Shown here in pieces: positions 8,146-15,033 of a stretch of DNA of 64,000 nucleotides (position 1 is the first letter of the stretch; every line of letters begins with the position of its first letter). The position numbers and the translations under genes are program-made. A model generated the notes under the pieces. The model worked only from the letters and a program-made list of their open reading frames with translations, was not told the DNA's origin and did no database searches. Source of the DNA: Blastocatellia bacterium (GTDB lineage: Bacteria > Acidobacteriota > Blastocatellia > UBA7656); NCBI GenBank assembly GCA_963765495.1, contig CAVXWP010000005.1, positions 96,001 through 160,000 of the forward strand, read 5' to 3'.

Positions 8146-10248
8146 TTAAGGCAAAGCAAAAACGACCACCTTCGAAGGTGCCGGTATGATCCCCCAGAAA
8201 GCCGAGGCGCTCCCCGCCGCAACGGCTACGTATTGTTTGCCTTTGATCGAGTAGGTCACTATCCCGCCGTTCAAGGGCGCTTCGGTATTGAAGCGATAAA
8301 GCACCTTACCCGTTTGCGCGTCGAGCGCGATAACATCTCCGGTCAATTCCCCGGCAAAGACAAGCCCGGATGATGTAGTTGTGACGGCGGCAAGCATCGG
8401 CTTCTCGGATTGATAGCGCCAGCGAATCGCTCCGGTCGAGGCGTCTATGGCCGTAAGCCATCCGTGCCCTTGTGTGTTATCGAAGTTGAAGTTTCCACCC
8501 AGATAATTCTGGCCTTCGACATAACGAAAATCCTTGGCTTTCTTGAATGTGCCGCACCAGTCGACCGAGGGGACATAGAGCATGTTTGTGCCCGGATTAT
8601 ATGCAGGCCCGTTCCACTGCACGCCGCCCAGCATGCCGGGGCAGACATGCACACCTTCGGTCGTCAGCGGAGCGTCTGTGTTTGATCTGGTGGTCACCGC
8701 CACTTCGTACAGTTGCTTTCTGGTTTCTCTGTCGAGCACGTGTAGGAGTCCGTCTTTTCCTACCGCTGAGACAAGCTTTCTTTTCTTGCCCGCGACCGTG
8801 GTTGTAAACAGCGGGCTGACCTGCGTGAGATCATAATCGTGCGTATCGTGAGGGACCGCCTGATAATACCATTTCAATCTCCCGGTTCGAGCGTCGAGCA
8901 CAATCATCGCGCTTGTGTAGAGGTTTGCGCCGGGACGAAGATCATCATATAAATCGGGCGCGGGATTGGCCACGGGCACATAAACAAGCCCCGCGTCCGA
9001 ATCGAGCGAGAGCGGACCCCAGACCGCCCCCCCGCCTTTGAGCATGGCATCGGCATTGCCCCAGGTTTCCGCGCCGGGTTCCTCGGCATCCGGTACGGTG
9101 TTGAATCGCCATACCTGCTCGCCGTTTTCCAGTTTGAATGCTCCTATCCAGCCCTTGATTCCCTGCTCGCTGATCCCGAGCCCGATCAGAACGAGGTTTT
9201 CGAAGATCACAGGAGCCATATTGAATGAGCCTTCGTTCTTTTCGGAGGCCACGATCTTTCTTTCCCAGAGCGGCTTTCCCGTCTCTAAATCCAGAGCGAA
9301 CAGATACCCGTCCGTAGTCGCCCGGACCACTCTCCCGTCTTTGATTGCGACCCCGCGATTCGGCGGCCAGATTTCCAGAGATTTCGGTTTTCTGTCGTAT
9401 CGCCAGCGTTCCTTGCACGTGGCGGCATCAAAGGCAATCGTGGAAGAAGGCGTGGTGATATACGTAACCCCGCGATAGACGACCGGGTTTGTGTGAAAGG
9501 CCTTTTTGTTTTCGTCCTGATATGTGCAGGCAGGTTGAAGCGAAGCCACGTTGTCGCGGTTGATCTGCTTAAGGTCTACGAAGCGCTGCCCCGAGTAATC
9601 GTGATTCGACATAAGCCAGTCGGTCGTGTTCGACGGGGCCGCGTTCAACTCTTTTTGCGAGGGCCATTTTGAAGACGGCATCAATACGCCCTCTTCCTGC
9701 CCGGTCGCCTTCAATGCGCCATCTGCGCCCGTCTCTTTCGAGTTCTCTTTTACAGAACCGGCGAGCACGATCTTTATCTGTTTTAGCAGCGGCGAATCGG
9801 CGGGCAGTTCGCTCGCGCCCGCTTTGTAACCGTTGGCCTTGAGCATGTAGGCGACAACATCGATGTACTGCTGGTGGGAAAGCGTCCCCGCCGCTCCGTA
9901 TGGCATCTGAGTGCGCGTGATGTAATAGAGGTCTTCAACCGTATGATTGCCCTGTCCCCACTTGGCTAAAAAGCGGCTGCCGACGAGAGCCGAGGCCGAG
10001 CCGCCTTCAAGCTTTGAGCCGTGACAGGAGGCGCAGCGCCTGTCATAGAGAGCTTGCCCTCTGAGGGCTTGAGCCTCCGTATAGATTCCATCCTGCTGCG
10101 CCTTCGACTCCGATTGATTGAAGCTGTGAGTTAAAGAGAGCGCATCAGGTAGACCAAATGAAAAGGTGAAGGCGATTACCGATAGCGCAAGCACAAGTGT
10201 CTGCTTGCATCGCTTATTTAATCCGGTGGAAAGATATTGGCTTTTCAC
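8146..10248 (-). CDS. PQQ-dependent dehydrogenase with N-terminal cytochrome c domain
   Basis: Signal peptide; CASCH heme motif with downstream MP; PQQ beta-propeller Trp-docking repeats; NRGVA, ANPAP, HDTHDYD, CPGMLGG. Confidence 0.88.
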   Translation of the reverse strand: MKSQYLSTGLNKRCKQTLVLALSVIAFTFSFGLPDALSLTHSFNQSESKAQQDGIYTEAQALRGQALYDRRCASCHGSKLEGGSASALVGSRFLAKWGQGNHTVEDLYYITRTQMPYGAAGTLSHQQYIDVVAYMLKANGYKAGASELPADSPLLKQIKIVLAGSVKENSKETGADGALKATGQEEGVLMPSSKWPSQKELNAAPSNTTDWLMSNHDYSGQRFVDLKQINRDNVASLQPACTYQDENKKAFHTNPVVYRGVTYITTPSSTIAFDAATCKERWRYDRKPKSLEIWPPNRGVAIKDGRVVRATTDGYLFALDLETGKPLWERKIVASEKNEGSFNMAPVIFENLVLIGLGISEQGIKGWIGAFKLENGEQVWRFNTVPDAEEPGAETWGNADAMLKGGGAVWGPLSLDSDAGLVYVPVANPAPDLYDDLRPGANLYTSAMIVLDARTGRLKWYYQAVPHDTHDYDLTQVSPLFTTTVAGKKRKLVSAVGKDGLLHVLDRETRKQLYEVAVTTRSNTDAPLTTEGVHVCPGMLGGVQWNGPAYNPGTNMLYVPSVDWCGTFKKAKDFRYVEGQNYLGGNFNFDNTQGHGWLTAIDASTGAIRWRYQSEKPMLAAVTTTSSGLVFAGELTGDVIALDAQTGKVLYRFNTEAPLNGGIVTYSIKGKQYVAVAAGSASAFWGIIPAPSKVVVFALP

Positions 10249-10288
10249 TGTAGAGCCTCCGTTGCGGTTGCGATTCTCTGTGATGGAG

Positions 10289-11425
10289 TTAATGTTTCAA
10301 CGCGGAAGACTGATGAGCATTCCTGTAATGATCTGCCAGCAGATCAAATCCAAAATCCCCGTTAAAATCTCGCCATACGGTGTGAACGTGATTGGCGTTG
10401 TTTTGGGTATTGTCATACTCGATCAGAAACGTAGGGCCTTGAATGCTGTAGTAGTGAGGCCGACCGTGCTCGTACTCGCCCGCCCAGGCGAAGTGTATAT
10501 TGTTGAAACCTGCCGAGCGCATTCGCGCCAGTCTTTGGGCAGCTATTTCGGGAGCCATGTTTTTGGCGTGCTCGTCGAGCAGGCTTATCAAGACCTCTGC
10601 CTGTGTCCCGCTCAAACGATCTGCCTGTAGTCCCGAAGGATTTACCGGCGCGGCCTTTCGCGAATTGGTAGATAAAATATCGCTCGGCGCGGTGTTGCTG
10701 ATAACGGCCTGTGCGCGCTGTTTATCGTCGAGCGATTTCAGCAGCGTCCTCGCCACGTCTTCTTCGGCGGGCAGCGCCCTCAACCCCTTGTGCGGGCCGT
10801 GTTGTACTTCGGCCGGGTTTGCGCCCAGAAACGAAGGCGTGGCAGCCAGACCGCCCTCACCTATGATCGTGTAATTGAGCGAGATGTGATGTCCTTCGAA
10901 TCGCCAGCCCCACGGCTTTGAAGATCGAGGCTGGCCGAATACGGCGAAGTAATAAAGCTCGGAATCACGAACCGGCCCTGCACCCTTCTCGATCTCGGCG
11001 AGCACGGGCTCAAGGCTTATGATCGTAGATGCTTTCTGCAATCCCTGACGGCTGAGGCCCGCCTTTAGCAAAGCGTCGGCAAGCTGGCGCTGACGTTGAT
11101 CCATCTGTTTGTAAGGTATCCCTGCTCGCACTTTTGGAACATAGTGCCAATTCATCCGCTGCTCGTCTTCAAACGTCATAATGGCGGTTGCCTGCTGCTC
11201 TGAACTCAGGGAATTGAGAAAATTTTCGGCCGAAAGCGCCATTGCCATTGCTGATTGCATAGCCTTTCTATTCACCTCTCGTGTGGCTGAACCCGATCTC
11301 TTTTGAGCAAAGATAGAAGAGCGTCCGACAAGCGCGCCCAGACCCGTTCCTATGAATGCCTGTTTCAAAAAGCCGCGCCGGTCTTTCATCTGCTGGAGTT
11401 GTATCTGTCTCTGTTTTGCGCCCAT
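10289..11425 (-). CDS. DUF3500-family protein with Tat signal
   Basis: DRRGFLK Tat motif; WHYVP, WGWRFEGHHISLN, IEYDN, NHVHTVWRD. The start may be 11389. Confidence 0.85.
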   Translation of the reverse strand: MGAKQRQIQLQQMKDRRGFLKQAFIGTGLGALVGRSSIFAQKRSGSATREVNRKAMQSAMAMALSAENFLNSLSSEQQATAIMTFEDEQRMNWHYVPKVRAGIPYKQMDQRQRQLADALLKAGLSRQGLQKASTIISLEPVLAEIEKGAGPVRDSELYYFAVFGQPRSSKPWGWRFEGHHISLNYTIIGEGGLAATPSFLGANPAEVQHGPHKGLRALPAEEDVARTLLKSLDDKQRAQAVISNTAPSDILSTNSRKAAPVNPSGLQADRLSGTQAEVLISLLDEHAKNMAPEIAAQRLARMRSAGFNNIHFAWAGEYEHGRPHYYSIQGPTFLIEYDNTQNNANHVHTVWRDFNGDFGFDLLADHYRNAHQSSALKH

Positions 11426-11600
11426 TCGATAAGCTCTCGCAAATATGAATTAAACCCGTGGGTTGTTGAGGAGGATACTACCAATCGCTATAGATCACAA
11501 TCGGCGAAGCCGGTTTTAGATCCGATTTTTCTAATACTGTAACTTCCTTGAAGACTTCGAGGCGGCGGCACTAAACTACCAAAGCAGTCAGATCAACGGT

Positions 11601-12467
11601 ATGAAAAAAAGCGATCCGACAAAACAGGGTACAGGCGACGCAAAACGGGACCGCGCAGCATACCGTCTGGCAAAGCGATACCTGTTACAACTCGATGTTG
11701 CGGGGCTCACATCTGAGGTACTCGACAAGTATCTGTGCCACATCGAAAAGGATTCCCGCCCAACCAGGCTGGAAGAGATCTACAGGCAAATCCTTGGTTC
11801 CGCTCAGAGCGCGAATATGAAAGCGGGTGTGATTGGCCGCGCAATCGGAGGGATAGATAAACTCGATAAGCCCCTGTGCGGCTTTCAATCTCTGAAGGTT
11901 GTAAAGAAATATCAGGGGGACTCAGAGCAAATCCTCGATGAAATCGAGCGGCATCTGAAACTCAAGAACAGCTTCCGTCGAACAAGCAGAAGTATCTGGC
12001 CGGGCTTTTGTCGGACCATACTTTCGGCAGCAGAGTTCCTGTCTCAGTTTGCGACCTCAGACGACTTCTATTCGTGGGTAGACTCATTTGATCGAGACGA
12101 CAGAACGCGCCCTGCCCTCCCGTTGCTTCTGAGTTGCGAAATATACGGTCTGGGCTTTGCCCTCGCCTGCGACTTCTTGAAAGAACTGGGCTACGCCAGC
12201 TACGCGAAACCCGACGTGCATGTGAGAGACATATTCCAGGGGCTCGGATTGTGCTCGCCAAATGCGAACGACTACCAGCTTTTCAAGGCCGTCGTCAGGG
12301 TGGCAAACAACGCCAGCGTAACGCCGTATAATGTCGATAAGCTTTTCTGGCTGATAGGCAGCGGAAACTTTTACGACGACCCGCACATAGGCAAAAGCGG
12401 GCAGATAGGCAGCCGCAAAAAACCTTTCATCGCTCATGCTCAGGAACGCTTGAATAGCCTCTCCTGA
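11601..12467 (+). CDS. Hypothetical protein with HhH-GPD DNA-glycosylase-like motif
   Basis: IYGLGFALACDFLKELG...KPDVHVRDIF...VDKLFW resembles a helix-hairpin-helix followed by the catalytic Asp. Confidence 0.6.
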   Translation: MKKSDPTKQGTGDAKRDRAAYRLAKRYLLQLDVAGLTSEVLDKYLCHIEKDSRPTRLEEIYRQILGSAQSANMKAGVIGRAIGGIDKLDKPLCGFQSLKVVKKYQGDSEQILDEIERHLKLKNSFRRTSRSIWPGFCRTILSAAEFLSQFATSDDFYSWVDSFDRDDRTRPALPLLLSCEIYGLGFALACDFLKELGYASYAKPDVHVRDIFQGLGLCSPNANDYQLFKAVVRVANNASVTPYNVDKLFWLIGSGNFYDDPHIGKSGQIGSRKKPFIAHAQERLNSLS

Positions 12468-12500
12468 TCTCATCAATCCATAATTCCCGAGTCCCTCGGT

Positions 12501-13466
12501 TTACATCTTGGCAATATGAGTGGCGATGTACCAGACGTTGCCAAAGGGGTCTTTGACACCCGCGATGCGGTCTCCGTAGGGCTGGTCAGCAGGCTCGCTG
12601 AGCGATTCAGCGCCCTCCGCAACTGCCTGCCGGTACCGGTTGTCTACATCATTCACATAGAGGTAAACCGTTGACGGCATAGGCTGGAACGGGCCGTGCG
12701 CCTCGCTCAAAGCAAGGATCGAGTCCCCGATCCTCATCTTCGAGTGCAGGATCACGCCATCAGGTGATTCGGCGCGGTAGGCTTCCGTCGCTCCGAAGGC
12801 GCGCTTAAGGAAATCTATCGCCCGGTCTGCCCCGTGGAAATTCAACGAAAACGCTATGGTGCGAAGATCGGGAGGATTGTGCTCAAGCGGCCTGCGGGTG
12901 GAAATATACCACCTGTTGCCAAACGGGTCTTCCACCCCGGCATCGCGATCACCATACTCTTCTTCGACCGGCTCGTGCATTGACGTGGCTCCGGCCCCGA
13001 GCGCGCTTTTGTATGTGGCATCAACATCGTCTACGTAGACGAGAAGCGCAGCCGGGCTCGGTGTGCCTTCCCACACGCCCCCGCCCCCGATCATCACTTT
13101 TGATTCGCCAATCTGCACTTCCGCATGGAGGCCCCCGGCCGAGCCGGTCGCGCGAAACAGTTCTTCGGCACCAAATGCCTGTCTGACGAATTCAATCAAC
13201 TCTTCCGCTTCACGAACGATCAAATAAGGCGTAATCGTGTGAAAACCTTCGGGTACGGATTTTTCTGCTGCTGCCATAAATGCTCTCCTTTCCAATTCAT
13301 CTTTTAATCGCGCCCTGTATGCCTCGCGCGGCATACACCTAAGTTCGACCGCGATGCGAACCAGCGGCTCGACGCCGGAACTCGCCCGTGGCAGGGGCGA
13401 ATCCGCATTTGCGATGATCGCCTCTACGATGTTGTCGAGTTGTTCGTCTGGTCTCTGTTTAGCCAT
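12501..13466 (-). CDS. Tandem VOC/glyoxalase (PhnB-like) protein with an approximately 60-aa N-terminal anti-sigma-like extension
   Basis: Two repeats: ITPYL...YGDRDAGVEDPFGNRWYIST and YGDRIAGVKDPFGNVWYIAT; start overlaps the sigma stop. Confidence 0.85.
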   Translation of the reverse strand: MAKQRPDEQLDNIVEAIIANADSPLPRASSGVEPLVRIAVELRCMPREAYRARLKDELERRAFMAAAEKSVPEGFHTITPYLIVREAEELIEFVRQAFGAEELFRATGSAGGLHAEVQIGESKVMIGGGGVWEGTPSPAALLVYVDDVDATYKSALGAGATSMHEPVEEEYGDRDAGVEDPFGNRWYISTRRPLEHNPPDLRTIAFSLNFHGADRAIDFLKRAFGATEAYRAESPDGVILHSKMRIGDSILALSEAHGPFQPMPSTVYLYVNDVDNRYRQAVAEGAESLSEPADQPYGDRIAGVKDPFGNVWYIATHIAKM

Positions 13467-14022
13467 CAGACTCATCCATCATCGCCCGTAAATTTTTCAG
13501 GGCACGAAACTGAAGCTGCTTGACGGCTCCTTCACTGCGCCCGAGTTGCTGCGCGATTTGACGAATGCTTTTCTCTTCGCCAAATCGCATATTGATGACG
13601 AGGCACTGGTTAGGAGGAAGCGAGGCAACAAGGCGAAAAAGCCGCGCGTGGCGTTCGAGCTCTTCAAAATCGGTCTGCACACGCTCTTCAACGCGGTCCT
13701 CAAGTGGAACATCACGCTCGCCGCCCTTTGACCGATCCGCGATCAGATTTGCGGCGATCCTAAAGAGCCACACCGCAAAGGGCACACCCCGCCATTCAAA
13801 ACGCGGCAAATTTGCGAGCGCCCTTTGAAACACCTCCGATGTAAGGTCTTCCGTCTCGTCGCGGTCGCGAACACGGCGAACGATAAACGCATAGACGCGC
13901 TCAAAATTATCTTCGTAAAGCTCGGCAAATCGGGCGGGGTCCTTTTGCGCAGCCTCGATCATAAGGCGTTCTTTCGCCTCATCGGTTGGGAACCCGGTGG
14001 TTGCATGTTTGCCGACGCCCAT
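13459..14022 (-). CDS. ECF RNA polymerase sigma factor (BldN-like)
   Basis: Region 2 EDLTSEVF...FAVWLFRIAAN; region 4 IAQQLGRSEGAVKQLQFRAL. Confidence 0.92.
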   Translation of the reverse strand: MGVGKHATTGFPTDEAKERLMIEAAQKDPARFAELYEDNFERVYAFIVRRVRDRDETEDLTSEVFQRALANLPRFEWRGVPFAVWLFRIAANLIADRSKGGERDVPLEDRVEERVQTDFEELERHARLFRLVASLPPNQCLVINMRFGEEKSIRQIAQQLGRSEGAVKQLQFRALKNLRAMMDESDG

Positions 14023-14040
14023 CTTTTCTCTCTATCTGTA

Positions 14041-14068
14041 TAAACTCTCCGGCGACAAAAAGGTTACG
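14041..14068 (-). promoter_or_regulatory. Putative autoregulatory ECF promoter, CGTAAC-N16-AGTTTA
   Basis: Minus strand cgtaacctttttgtcgccggagagttta just upstream of the sigma ATG; resembles the sigma-BldN consensus CGTAAC-N16-CGTTGA as I recall it. Confidence 0.6.
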
Positions 14069-14131
14069 GCCGAGGCGCATTTTCTAATTCACTTGGTACA
14101 GTCAAAGCCCGGGGTGTTATAGTTTAGGCCA

Positions 14132-14533
14132 ATGAGCGAACCGTCCCCAAAGACGAAACGATCCCAGGCACGCAGATTGATTCTTTTCTGCGCGCTTGCA
14201 GGTATCCTTTTGTCGAGCAGCACCGGAGGCTGGTTTGTGCCCGTTCACGCCGGGCAGTCCACGCCAGACCGCGCGATTTTGCTTGCCGGGTTGTCTGCAA
14301 TTGATTCCGCCATGGGTAGGCCCGGGAATCAATTTCAATACTCCGGGAATAAGACCTCGCGCTATCAGGGACATTTCGCCCCGCCCGATACTACTTCCGA
14401 ATTTATACCGGGTCGCATTCATACCCAACCGTTACCTTTTTCCCACAGCAAGACGGCTCCTTCTTTAGTATCCATCTCACCGCCAAGTGATCGCGCCCCA
14501 CCGTCTCAGCTTCTATGGCCGGATACATTTTAA
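14132..14533 (+). CDS. Putative ribosome-arrest leader protein (signal peptide plus C-terminal RAPP)
   Basis: Basic N-terminus, hydrophobic LILFCALAGILL, VHA cleavage-like site, P/S-rich body, RAPP at aa 121-124 (14492-14503). Confidence 0.65.
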   Translation: MSEPSPKTKRSQARRLILFCALAGILLSSSTGGWFVPVHAGQSTPDRAILLAGLSAIDSAMGRPGNQFQYSGNKTSRYQGHFAPPDTTSEFIPGRIHTQPLPFSHSKTAPSLVSISPPSDRAPPSQLLWPDTF

Positions 14534-14633
14534 GCTGGCCGGAGGGCTTTATTTTCAAGCCTCGGCTATCGGTGTAACCCGGGCGAAGGTCTATCTTCTC
14601 CCATATCTGCTACAGAAGTTCGGAGGAAAATTT

Positions 14634-14789
14634 ATGGAGTCACACACAATCATCGGGTTGGTGGCGCTCGCACTCGTTATCGGATTTATTATCCTGATCA
14701 GGCGGCATTCCAAGCCGGAGGCGGGCGATAATCAAACCGTTCAGGCGGTCGACAAGCCCGATGTAAAAGCGCGAATGAGAAAGCCGTAA
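14634..14789 (+). CDS. 51-aa single-pass membrane microprotein
   Basis: SD GGAGGA at 14622-14627; MESHTIIGLVALALVIGFIILIRRH... (one TM followed by basic residues). Confidence 0.7.
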   Translation: MESHTIIGLVALALVIGFIILIRRHSKPEAGDNQTVQAVDKPDVKARMRKP

Positions 14790-14811
14790 AGCAAATCTCT
14801 ATTCTCAAATT

Positions 14812-14836
14812 CAGGGGAGTCAAATAGGCTCCCCTG
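14812..14836 (+). promoter_or_regulatory. 10-bp intercistronic hairpin
   Basis: caggggagtc-aaata-ggctcccctg, with no poly-T tail. Confidence 0.5.
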
Positions 14837-14871
14837 CATCCCCGGTTTCCCCAGCCCAGGAAAGGAATAAC

Positions 14872-15030
14872 ATGAACCCGATCTGGACACAGATGAGCTA
14901 CAAGGCAATCAAAGAAATTATGAAAATGTGCAGGCATTGCAAGAAGGCATCCCTCTATCGGCAAAAGCATTTTGGCCAGTTCTACAAATGCAAACATTGT
15001 GGACACAGGTTCAAAGAGAAAGGAGATTAA
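14872..15030 (+). CDS. 52-aa zinc-ribbon microprotein (not in ORF track)
   Basis: MNPIWTQMSYKAIKEIMKMCRHCKKASLYRQKHFGQFYKCKHCGHRFKEKGD*; SD AAGGA; the stop is 3 nt before the antiporter ATG. Confidence 0.7.
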   Translation: MNPIWTQMSYKAIKEIMKMCRHCKKASLYRQKHFGQFYKCKHCGHRFKEKGD

Positions 15031-15033
15031 ATC

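Noticed and set aside
14534-15033. c-di-AMP (ydaO) or nhaA-type riboswitch upstream of the antiporter
   Set aside because: Consensus motifs not found; the space is explained by two small ORFs and hairpins.
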